Below, piece by piece: positions 1 through 6,771 of a DNA stretch of 64,000 nucleotides (the stretch's first letter is position 1; each line of letters opens with the position of its first letter). This DNA comes from a virus (taxonomy: Duplodnaviria > Caudoviricetes): the IMG/VR virus record IMGVR_UViG_3300046819_000361; one strand, 5' to 3'. The notes below the pieces were generated by a model. It was not told where the DNA came from. It worked only from the letters and a program-made list of their open reading frames with translations, and ran no database searches. Made by a program: the position numbers and the translations under genes.

Positions 1-244
1 GATTATCACTGGTCACAGTCATCATAGTAGCAGCATATACTAGTGAGTAATTATCATATATTTTAACCAACAATAGATGTGCTACATAATGTTCTTCTGG
101 CGTTAATTTAACCACATTGTCCGGGTCATCTTTCCCGCCCATACATCGTGGAATAATATGATGTTTCTCAAAGTATTCATTATCGAGAAACGTTCTATTT
201 TTTCCACGATGTATTAATTTTTCATATATAATTTTATAGTTCAT
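1..244 (-). CDS. HNH homing endonuclease (truncated by window edge)
   Basis: Manual translation MNYKIIYEKLIHRGKNR...FEKHHIIPRCMGGKDDPDNVVKLTPEEHYVAHLLL; HHIIP..GG..N....H motif; TATAAATA just upstream. Confidence 0.85.
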   Translation of the reverse strand, partial: MNYKIIYEKLIHRGKNRTFLDNEYFEKHHIIPRCMGGKDDPDNVVKLTPEEHYVAHLLLVKIYDNYSLVYAATMMTVTSDN

Positions 245-248
245 ATAG

Positions 249-256
249 TATTTATA
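249..256 (-). promoter_or_regulatory. T4-type late promoter TATAAATA for the HNH gene
   Basis: Exact TATAAATA ending 4 nt before the ATG. Confidence 0.7.
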
Positions 257-260
257 CTTA

Positions 261-310
261 TGAACCTACGTTCCCGGCCTGGAATGCTAATTGTATGCGG
301 TATAGATCCT
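261..310 (-). ncRNA. Bulged-helix tRNA-fragment RNA, copy 1 (apparently interrupted in its T-loop by the HNH gene)
   Basis: AGGAUC-UAUA-CCGCA 5' handle, UUCC/GGAA hairpin, then CGUAGGUUC running into the HNH promoter. Confidence 0.45.
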
Positions 311-319
311 AAAATTGTT

Positions 320-595
320 TTACTTCAATTGTGACTTTCTAAACATTCGGTCCAATTTAGTATTGATATCTTTGCAGAGTTGTTCAGATCGTTCTGCTGC
401 TTTTACTGCATTATCAACTTTTGAACTAACAGTTGATAGAGCGCGATTAGTATCTACTAATCCAGTACTCAATGTTTTTTGATTTGTAGTAATTACATCG
501 ATTTCACCTTGTAATTTGGCGATATCTGTGTTTGTTGCACATCCAGTAACCAATGCTAAAGCACCAATCATGAATAACATATTTAATTTTCTCAT
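320..595 (-). CDS. Lpp/OprI-family alanine-zipper outer-membrane lipoprotein
   Basis: Signal peptide, VTGC lipobox, coiled coil, C-terminal LDRMFRKSQLK. Confidence 0.75.
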   Translation of the reverse strand: MRKLNMLFMIGALALVTGCATNTDIAKLQGEIDVITTNQKTLSTGLVDTNRALSTVSSKVDNAVKAAERSEQLCKDINTKLDRMFRKSQLK

Positions 596-620
596 TTTAC
601 ACCTTTGTTAATTAAAATCA

Positions 621-711
621 CAGGATGATATATTGTTTCGGAGCCGGGAGATTCGAACTCCCAGAAGATACCCGCTTATCGGCTTCGGCATTTTTGTGCT
701 GTAATCACCCT
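621..711 (-). ncRNA. Bulged-helix tRNA-fragment RNA, copy 2 (T arm plus acceptor-like stem)
   Basis: AGGGUGAU-UACAGCA ... AUCAUCCUG enclosing GGGAG-UUCGAAU-CUCCC. Confidence 0.6.
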
Positions 712-721
712 TATTAATCAG

Positions 722-1135
722 TTAAGATAATCGTTCTTTTTCTGATTCCATAAAGCGTGTTCGTTTTACAAGTGATAAAACGAATTCTGACTCAGCGATT
801 GATTTGGAATCAAGATCAACTCGCAAGTTCAAGAAGTAAGAAACATCATTATGAACCAGTTTAATGGAACTATAGTCTGTTACTTCCGCAGTGAATGATT
901 TTGGAATTTGAATTACAACATCCATCAATCGTTCGAAATGTTTATCCGCATCAACAAAGTATTGTTCAACAAATGTTTTTAAGTGATGTGGTGTATTTCT
1001 TAATGTTTCGGATTTATAGTTTCTATAATTTCCGACTGAAACTGTTACCGCTTCAATAAGGTCAGTACCAGTGTATCTAGGATACTCAGGGATTAAGTTG
1101 TAAGGTTTTTTTACTTCTTGTTCAGTTACTAGCAT
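722..1135 (-). CDS. Hypothetical protein
   Basis: ORF; start moved to MLVTEQ because the longer call overlaps tRNA-Gln. Confidence 0.6.
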   Translation of the reverse strand: MLVTEQEVKKPYNLIPEYPRYTGTDLIEAVTVSVGNYRNYKSETLRNTPHHLKTFVEQYFVDADKHFERLMDVVIQIPKSFTAEVTDYSSIKLVHNDVSYFLNLRVDLDSKSIAESEFVLSLVKRTRFMESEKERLS

Positions 1136-1163
1136 TATATCATTCCGATAATAGTTAAAAAAT

Positions 1164-1237
1164 TGGCAGGGATACACGGATTCGAACCATGGATGACTGG
1201 ATCAAAACCAGTTGTGTTACCACTACACCATATCCCA
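1164..1237 (-). tRNA. tRNA-Gln(TTG)
   Basis: Cloverleaf, loop TTTTGAT, CCA encoded. Confidence 0.92.
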
Positions 1238-1247
1238 ATTGTTATTA

Positions 1248-1365
1248 CAGGTTAGCATTTTAAGTTTTCCCAATTAAACTACATTAGTGACCAACCCTAA
1301 CGCTGGGATTCGAACCCAGAACTTTCTTTTACAATAAGATTTAATAAAATTGCTGAAACTAACCT
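1248..1365 (-). ncRNA. Bulged-helix RNA, copy 3: circularly permuted tRNA-Thr(UGU)-like domain (Y RNA/YrlA-like architecture)
   Basis: AGGUUAG-UUUCAGCA handle, then anticodon arm (loop AUUGUAA), T arm, loop-closed acceptor stem, D arm, UGCUAACCUG. Confidence 0.7.
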
Positions 1366-1405
1366 ATTGGTCTTATTCGCTGGTGACTAGCCTCGAATAT
1401 TCTGT

Positions 1406-1468
1406 CAGGATACACATTTTACGGGTTTGATTAGCTGTCAAATGTATGATTGTTGCTGTAGGTATCCT
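1406..1468 (-). ncRNA. Bulged-helix RNA, copy 4 (Ser-GCU-like anticodon stem-loop)
   Basis: AGGAUACC-UACAGCA ... UUUGA-CAGCUAA-UCAAA ... GUAUCCUG. Confidence 0.6.
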
Positions 1469-1487
1469 AGAACTGTTTATGCTATGT

Positions 1488-1515
1488 ATTATACATCATT
1501 TTTATTCATTGTCAA
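1488..1515 (-). promoter_or_regulatory. Sigma70-type promoter
   Basis: TTGACA-16-TATAAT. Confidence 0.75.
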
Positions 1516-1524
1516 TATTTATTT

Positions 1525-1599
1525 TGGAGCGGGTAATGAGATTCGAACTCACGACATTCAGGTTGGCAACTTGAAGCTCTACCACTGAGCTATACCCGC
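1525..1599 (-). tRNA. tRNA-Gly(GCC)
   Basis: Cloverleaf, loop TTGCCAA, CCA. Confidence 0.93.
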
Positions 1600-1606
1600 T
1601 CAAAAT

Positions 1607-1681
1607 TGGCGGACTGTACGGAATTTGAATCCGTGATACCACCGTGACAGGGTGGCGTGATAACCGCTTCACTAACAGTCC
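1607..1681 (-). tRNA. tRNA-Asp(GTC)
   Basis: Cloverleaf, loop CTGTCAC, CCA. Confidence 0.92.
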
Positions 1682-1803
1682 AAAATTGTTGAGTATCTAA
1701 CATCATACAATACTCGGGAGACCTCTACCAGCCTCGTTTTTATTACTGCGCCTATCCGAAGATAGTGTTTCAAATGATATTAAGGTTGCCCAGCTCTAGA
1801 GTT

Positions 1804-1880
<77 letters not shown>

Positions 1881-1886
1881 ATAATT

Positions 1887-2051
1887 CTATTTAAACGGAG
1901 TTTTTTCACAGGCTAATGCATGATGATATGCTATTTTCATAGACTCATATTTTTCCGTTGCTTCGCTTAATTGTTGCTGTAATTTTAGCATATCTTGTTC
2001 TACATAATCAAGATTTCTTTTAACGATATCCGATGTTCTTTTACCTGCCAT
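1887..2051 (-). CDS. Small coiled-coil hypothetical protein (MAGKRTSD...)
   Basis: Downstream part of the track ORF; start overlaps the end of the preceding small ORF. Confidence 0.5.
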   Translation of the reverse strand: MAGKRTSDIVKRNLDYVEQDMLKLQQQLSEATEKYESMKIAYHHALACEKTPFK

Positions 2052-2184
2052 ATATAGACCTTTTAGAAATAAAAGAATCACCCCAGTCGGTAGCATGAAA
2101 TACCGCATATTTTTTAGATTTTTCACCATGTTTTTCATGGAATTTTTTAGTAGCTTCTTCGTTTACTATTGCGGTTCTTTTCAT
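2041..2184 (-). CDS. 47-aa hypothetical protein (MKRTAIVNEEATKKFHEKHG...)
   Basis: Manual translation; fills the gap and abuts genes on both sides. Confidence 0.45.
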   Translation of the reverse strand: MKRTAIVNEEATKKFHEKHGEKSKKYAVFHATDWGDSFISKRSIYGR

Positions 2185-2186
2185 AC

Positions 2187-2561
2187 TTACCTCGCAAATC
2201 CACGATTTCTCAGTAATTGTGATAATTCATATTCGAATGTACCAAAATCAGACCTTTCACGCCCATAAATTGTATCAGGAACAATAATACCAATACTAGT
2301 CAATGCATTGTCAATCGATGGTTCATTAAAAATCGCCCATGGATATTCGTTTGTTTCATTGTTTAACAAATTGGCAATGTTTGCCATCTGTTCACTAGTA
2401 CCACCATTCAATACAATTGCAGTTTTATGGTTTTCAGCCCAATCTACCAATAGTTCGTTAGTTGTACCATATTTGTTGTTGATCTCTTGCAGTGCATGCA
2501 AAGATTGTATACCGTGTTGTATAGAACTCAGGTACATGTTTGTTAAAAAATAAGCTCTCAT
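2187..2561 (-). CDS. Phage peptidyl-tRNA hydrolase II (PTH2)-like protein
   Basis: IQ.GIQ.LHA, W...HKT.IVLNGG, F.EP....LT.IGI pattern recalled for the PTH2 fold. Confidence 0.55.
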   Translation of the reverse strand: MRAYFLTNMYLSSIQHGIQSLHALQEINNKYGTTNELLVDWAENHKTAIVLNGGTSEQMANIANLLNNETNEYPWAIFNEPSIDNALTSIGIIVPDTIYGRERSDFGTFEYELSQLLRNRGFAR

Positions 2562-2634
2562 AGTTTTCCTATATGTTACTGAGTATTTATTATTTGAGGT
2601 TATCAATCATCTGGGTAGTTACCAAAACTAATTA

Positions 2635-2710
2635 GGGGTGACCGATGGGACTTGAACCCATAAAATTCTGAATCACAATCAGGGTCGTCTACCAATTCCG
2701 ACACGGCCAC
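2635..2710 (-). tRNA. tRNA-His(GTG), no encoded CCA
   Basis: Cloverleaf, loop TTGTGAT, C discriminator, 3' end reads CCT; acceptor extended by a flanking inverted repeat. Confidence 0.8.
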
Positions 2711-2728
2711 ACCTAATTAGTCTAATTT

Positions 2729-3214
2729 TATAATAAACCACACTACGGAAGGATTCGAACCTTCGGTTGCCGTCGCACTCAACACACCAGTGTACCTCAA
2801 TACGAATCGAACGTATCTTACCACCATTTATAGTGTAGTTTATTATATAATCATATAGTAAAGTGCATTAAACGAGGGAACACGAATGCTACACATCCTC
2901 CTGTCTCCGGCCCTCAAGCTTAACATCCTCCTGGCCAGTGATGTTAAGGTGACTGATTAATGCACTTTAATATAAAATTATATAGAAACACATGCTGAAG
3001 GACGAACGGCGTATTTCCATCGAAGAACTATATCTTTCTCATCGCCGTATAGCTTCCCGCACGATATAGTCTGAGTTGCGCTTCAGGATGTGTTTTTATA
3101 TAATCATATAATAAAGCATACTACACGGAATTGAACCGTCTTCATTCAAGCCCGGAGCTCAAACTGTGATCCACACAACGCTGATCAGACGCTAATATGC
3201 TTTATTATATGATT
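2729..3214 (-). ncRNA. Four tandem long-stem-closed structured RNAs (2729-2847, 2853-2974, 2979-3102, 3102-3214)
   Basis: Each has a 17-22 bp terminal inverted repeat around a GC-richer structured core; no ORFs. Confidence 0.6.
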
Positions 3215-3290
3215 TGGTAGGACCGCCGAGACTCGAACTCGAATTCCCGGATTAAAAGTCCGGTGTTCTAACCAATTGAACTACGATCCC
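3215..3290 (-). tRNA. tRNA-Lys(TTT)
   Basis: Cloverleaf, loop CTTTTAA, CCA. Confidence 0.93.
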
Positions 3291-3333
3291 AAATTTTCTT
3301 GCCTTCTTTTTCTGTTTTTGTCTTTCGTTTCAT
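3268..3333 (-). CDS. Lys-rich 21-aa mini-ORF reading into tRNA-Lys
   Basis: AGGA SD; MKRKTKTEKEGKKIWDRSSIG-TAG. Confidence 0.4.
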   Translation of the reverse strand: MKRKTKTEKEGKKIWDRSSIG

Positions 3334-3356
3334 AATTATTTCCTATGTTGTTATAG

Positions 3357-3418
3357 CAGGATACGTTTTTACTAGTTGAATTAAAAGTTCAGTGTAAATT
3401 GTTTGCTGAATGTATCCT
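3357..3418 (-). ncRNA. Bulged-helix RNA, copy 5 (Lys-UUU anticodon stem-loop)
   Basis: AGGAUACA-UUCAGCA ... UGAA-CUUUUAA-UUCA ... CGUAUCCUG. Confidence 0.65.
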
Positions 3419-3437
3419 AAAACTGTTTATGCTGTTA

Positions 3438-3465
3438 ATTATACAGCATTTTTATACGTTGTCAA
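3438..3465 (-). promoter_or_regulatory. Sigma70-type promoter
   Basis: TTGACA-16-TATAAT. Confidence 0.7.
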
Positions 3466-3778
3466 TTATTTTATCTGGATATTGTGCATCACGGCGTTCA
3501 ATTTCAGCATATGGACTGTAGCCAGGCTGTAATTCCGTGATATTAGTAAATCCATTGGTTTCTGTAATCAAACTATCATTAGAATCGATAGAACCACGAT
3601 ATTTACTACCATAACTACCTTCTAATTTACCAGTACTCGGATTAAGATCACCCCATTTAGTGTGATTACCACCGATAACTTCAATATAGTAGGTTTTACC
3701 AGTTCGGTATGAATAAACAACATGTCTACCGGTATCTTCAGTTTTTGTAAAAAATTTCTTTCGGGTTTCTTCGTCCAT
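3452..3778 (-). CDS. Conserved phage hypothetical protein
   Basis: Start MDEETRKK with AAGGA SD; longer call overlaps tRNA-Val. Confidence 0.7.
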   Translation of the reverse strand: MDEETRKKFFTKTEDTGRHVVYSYRTGKTYYIEVIGGNHTKWGDLNPSTGKLEGSYGSKYRGSIDSNDSLITETNGFTNITELQPGYSPYAEIERRDAQYPDKIIDNV

Positions 3779-3796
3779 AATAGTTTCCTTTGTGTT

Positions 3797-3870
3797 TGGT
3801 GCTTTAGAAAGGAATCGAACCTCTGTCTGCTCGGTGTAAACGAACGGCCCTACCATTAGACGACTAAAGC
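3797..3870 (-). tRNA. tRNA-Val(TAC)
   Basis: Cloverleaf, loop TTTACAC, CCA. Confidence 0.88.
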
Positions 3871-3879
3871 TATAATTGT

Positions 3880-4047
3880 TGCTTTCTTATTCCCGGCTAT
3901 CACAGAGGTTGCCACTTGTACTTCATGGTTCTCAACTTGCAGGTTCTGGCGGAACAGAATTCTCGTATTGCCAACGTGCTTTTGGTTCAAAGCATACCAC
4001 CCGTGTGTATCACCACACTTCTTATCCTCTGGGTCAGAGTATCCGTT
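3880..4047 (-). ncRNA. Candidate structured ncRNA (~165 nt)
   Basis: Non-coding, GC-elevated; CAGAGG/CCUCUG closing stem and three internal hairpins. Confidence 0.45.
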
Positions 4048-4049
4048 GA

Positions 4050-4328
4050 TTAGACGGTTCGATCTTCAAGAACTTGTTGTTCCCATTTACTTTTTAAATA
4101 GATCTTTTGACCATGCAACCAATATTCTTCTTCTGTAAAATTAGTAATAACAGCAGGGCCATGTTCATTATGATATTTCCCATCTTGGCAATAACAAGTT
4201 CTGCGGCCATCATATCTAATAATTGCTGGTCCATTTGTGTTATGCGATCTTCCATTTTTCATAAAAACTATTGTTGTATCAGATACGCTAATAGTGAGTT
4301 CAGGATTGTCTGGGTTAATATATTCCAT
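4050..4328 (-). CDS. Hypothetical protein with HNxxGPA repeats
   Basis: Two HN.(N/H)GPA(I/V)I repeats. Confidence 0.65.
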   Translation of the reverse strand: MEYINPDNPELTISVSDTTIVFMKNGRSHNTNGPAIIRYDGRRTCYCQDGKYHNEHGPAVITNFTEEEYWLHGQKIYLKSKWEQQVLEDRTV

Positions 4329-4353
4329 AATTACCAAATTGTAAAGTTAAAAT

Positions 4354-4429
4354 TGGTGCTACCGACTGGGATCGAACCAGTATAGCTGGATTTTCAGTCC
4401 AGTGCATGAACCATCACTGCCACAGTAGC
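4354..4429 (-). tRNA. tRNA-Phe(GAA)
   Basis: Cloverleaf, loop CTGAAAA, CCA. Confidence 0.9.
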
Positions 4430-4437
4430 AAAATTAT

Positions 4438-4491
4438 CAGGATACGCTTTTTCATTTTTCAAGAATGTTTTTTAATTGCTGCATGTATCCT
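4438..4491 (-). ncRNA. Bulged-helix RNA, copy 6 (Ser-UGA anticodon stem-loop)
   Basis: AGGAUACA-UGCAGCA ... CAUU-CUUGAAA-AAUG ... GCGUAUCCUG; TTGCAA-17-TATAAT promoter just upstream. Confidence 0.65.
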
Positions 4492-4514
4492 AAAACTGTG
4501 TAAATTATAACGTA

Positions 4515-5045
4515 TTATTTGAACATTTGCAAGATATTTTTCATAGCATCTGTATTACTATCCCATGTTTGTCCGCCAAATCGTCCGTATTCTATACGGT
4601 TATCAGCAGACCATTTATTATAATAATCGGACAATTCACCATTGCATTCCAATAGTGTATCACCGTAATTGATTATCATTACATTAGGATTCATGCAATC
4701 ACGAATTGAATAAACCTTCTCAAACGCTTCTTTAATACCCATGCCATGTTGTATTAGTACTAGAATAGCAGTTGCTGTACTTCTACTAACACCAGCATGA
4801 CAATGAATTAAAACTTTATCAGTATCAGTAAATGTTTTACTGAATTCTAAAATATTTTCAATATTTTGTAAAGTAGGATGTTGATATCCTTCTAATGGTA
4901 CTTCAATATCATGAAATCTTTCTACGTGATGTTCCACATCACAATCAAATACTTTGGTATTTGGATCAACAATGCTAATGACTTTAGTATGGGTTGGTAC
5001 CCATAAACTTGCTTCGTATAATCCTGATATAGTTATATCTAACAT
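4515..5045 (-). CDS. Cys-based protein tyrosine/dual-specificity phosphatase
   Basis: HCHAGVSRS (CX5R) motif. Confidence 0.88.
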   Translation of the reverse strand: MLDITISGLYEASLWVPTHTKVISIVDPNTKVFDCDVEHHVERFHDIEVPLEGYQHPTLQNIENILEFSKTFTDTDKVLIHCHAGVSRSTATAILVLIQHGMGIKEAFEKVYSIRDCMNPNVMIINYGDTLLECNGELSDYYNKWSADNRIEYGRFGGQTWDSNTDAMKNILQMFK

Positions 5046-5061
5046 TTTTTACCTCAAAAAT

Positions 5062-5113
5062 TGGCGGGGCTATAATTGCTGTTAAAATCCTTGACAGGAT
5101 TTATTTTGGCCCC
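5062..5113 (-). ncRNA. Bulged-helix RNA, copy 7 (permuted handle on a CCA-ended acceptor stem)
   Basis: GGGGC...AAUCCU-GUCA-AGGAUU-UUAACAGCA...GCCCC-G-CCA. Confidence 0.6.
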
Positions 5114-5121
5114 ATTATATT

Positions 5122-5197
5122 TGGCGACCCTACCCGGTGACGATCCGGGTTTACTATCGTGAAAGGATAGTGTTCTACCAACGTAAACTATAGGGTC
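5122..5197 (-). tRNA. tRNA-Glu(TTC)
   Basis: Cloverleaf, loop CTTTCAC, atypical T-loop ATCGTCA, CCA. Confidence 0.85.
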
Positions 5198-6024
5198 TTA
5201 TTTTTCGTATATTGGTTTCTACCCGTAATATTCCCAGGTGTTACCCGTTTTCCATTACAAGTTCTTGAACAATATACATTAATTGTTTTTAATTTTTTAT
5301 CACGTGTAAAATTTTTACCACAATGTGAACATGTGTACTCGTATAAAGGTTTATACCCATCGTATAGTGTATAATATTTTTCAGTATTATAAGTTTCTTT
5401 TACATATGTAAAAGCATATTTCAAATCATTAAATCGTAAAACATGTACATTATATCCAAAACTTTCAGCAACCTGTGTTTTTAAATCCACTGATTTTTGA
5501 TTTTCATAACCTTTTGTTTCTATTATAGTTTTATTATCCGATAAAATAAAATCAGGGTAATATTTAATACCATTTCTTTCCAAATAACCGTCAAATCTAG
5601 AAAATTTAATATTATGATCTAAATTGTATATTACCCAGCATAATTCATATGTTGATCCACAATAAATGCCATTATAATATCCTGATTTTGATCTACCAGA
5701 ACCATTTCTATATCCACCTATGTGTTTGGAACTACATTCTTTTGAACAATATTTTTTATTACTCGTTTTTATTATTCTAAAATCTGTTCCACACTCTACA
5801 CATTGTCTAATCTCACGAATAGCAAATTCTTTGCCTTTTGTAGAGGCAGGTTTAATACCTAGCTTCTTAAATGTAAGAGATGTTTTTATCTTTTGTTCTT
5901 CACTTGGTTTCCATCCAGAGTCTTTCCGTTTTCTGTTATTATATTTCGCTGAACACGATCTATTACAAAACTTTTTTGCATCTTTACTGATTAAAGTGTT
6001 TCCACATTCTAAACAATTATTCAT
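5188..6024 (-). CDS. Free-standing homing endonuclease, PD-(D/E)xK type with Zn-finger repeats
   Basis: YYPDF...IIETKG; three CxxC..CSxxC modules; TATAAATA at 6044-6051. Confidence 0.75.
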   Translation of the reverse strand: MNNCLECGNTLISKDAKKFCNRSCSAKYNNRKRKDSGWKPSEEQKIKTSLTFKKLGIKPASTKGKEFAIREIRQCVECGTDFRIIKTSNKKYCSKECSSKHIGGYRNGSGRSKSGYYNGIYCGSTYELCWVIYNLDHNIKFSRFDGYLERNGIKYYPDFILSDNKTIIETKGYENQKSVDLKTQVAESFGYNVHVLRFNDLKYAFTYVKETYNTEKYYTLYDGYKPLYEYTCSHCGKNFTRDKKLKTINVYCSRTCNGKRVTPGNITGRNQYTKNKTL

Positions 6025-6081
6025 CTGTAATCTCCATATAGAGTATTTATATGGAATTGAACTTTATTGCATTTTTTGATT

Positions 6082-6111
6082 ATAGTGTTCTAACCATTAA
6101 ACTACCAGGAT
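6082..6111 (-). pseudogene. Orphan 5' half of a tRNA-Glu-like gene
   Basis: ATCCTGG-TA-GTTTAATGGTTAGAAC-A-CTATA matches the D arm and anticodon 5' strand of the downstream tRNA-Glu; no matching 3' half. Confidence 0.65.
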
Positions 6112-6117
6112 ATAAAC

Positions 6118-6230
6118 TTTTATATAGAAACACACTCGTTTCTGAGCTTTCGGTATGTATGCCTACACTTTAGGATAGCCCCTGCGTCCAGTTGCTCAGT
6201 ATCCCTACCGTGAATGTGTTTTTATATAAA
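6118..6230 (-). ncRNA. Long-stem-closed structured RNA
   Basis: tttatatagaaacaca/tgtgtttttatataaa closing stem, same as at 2979-3102; crossing internal complementarities. Confidence 0.55.
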
Positions 6231-6231
6231 T

Positions 6232-6310
6232 TGGTCTCCGTAGCAGGATTTGAACCTGCGAATCCTCTCGATCCCAAATCGAGCGCTCTACCAAACTGAG
6301 CTATACGGAG
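6232..6310 (-). tRNA. tRNA-Pro(TGG)
   Basis: Cloverleaf, loop TTTGGGA, CCA. Confidence 0.92.
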
Positions 6311-6323
6311 ATAATTAAAATAT

Positions 6324-6416
6324 TGGTGGGTGTCCACGGATTCGAACCGCGAATGTTTACCACGAGGGACTTGATTTACAGTCAAGAGAGGCACACGCCA
6401 TAGCCTCAAGACACCC
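6324..6416 (-). tRNA. tRNA-Tyr(GTA), long D and variable arms
   Basis: Loop CTGTAAA, GAGGC/GCCTC D stem, CCA. Confidence 0.85.
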
Positions 6417-6423
6417 AATAATT

Positions 6424-6630
6424 TATAACACTCTCCCACTATGTGTTTAGACGGTTCGTAGCCGAATGAAGAGTGTATATTAAAACATACTCACTTTAAC
6501 TTGTCAAGAACCGTAATTCTTAATGCTGATCTAGTATGTTTTAATATTAAAACACACTGGTGGGTCGTTCAAATCCACTGTCTACATTCCGTAGAAATCA
6601 AATTCTACTATTCTCAATGTGTTTTAATAT
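6424..6630 (-). ncRNA. Three tandem long-stem-closed hairpin RNAs (6424-6479, 6478-6546, 6544-6630)
   Basis: Terminal inverted repeats such as tattaaaacatact/agtatgttttaata. Confidence 0.5.
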
Positions 6631-6771
6631 TTCTAGGTTTTTCCACACACCACACAAGGTGCTTCTCATCCCCTAGACCGCCCTCATTAATAGCTCATTT
6701 TTATAGTGGTGAGCAGAATCGCGTTTTCTAATAGAGACCAATATTTCATTCTCTATACCACTGTACTTCAT

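Noticed and set aside
3880-4047. RNase P RNA
   Set aside because: GAGGA start is suggestive, but GAGGAAAGUCC and the terminal CR-V consensus are absent and it is too short
2729-6630. CRISPR array
   Set aside because: Repeated parts are inverted closing stems of variable sequence, not identical direct repeats with uniform spacers
6170-6731. ORFs 6170-6439 (-) and 6501-6731 (+)
   Set aside because: They overlap tRNA-Pro, tRNA-Tyr and hairpin cassettes; no SD or protein motifs
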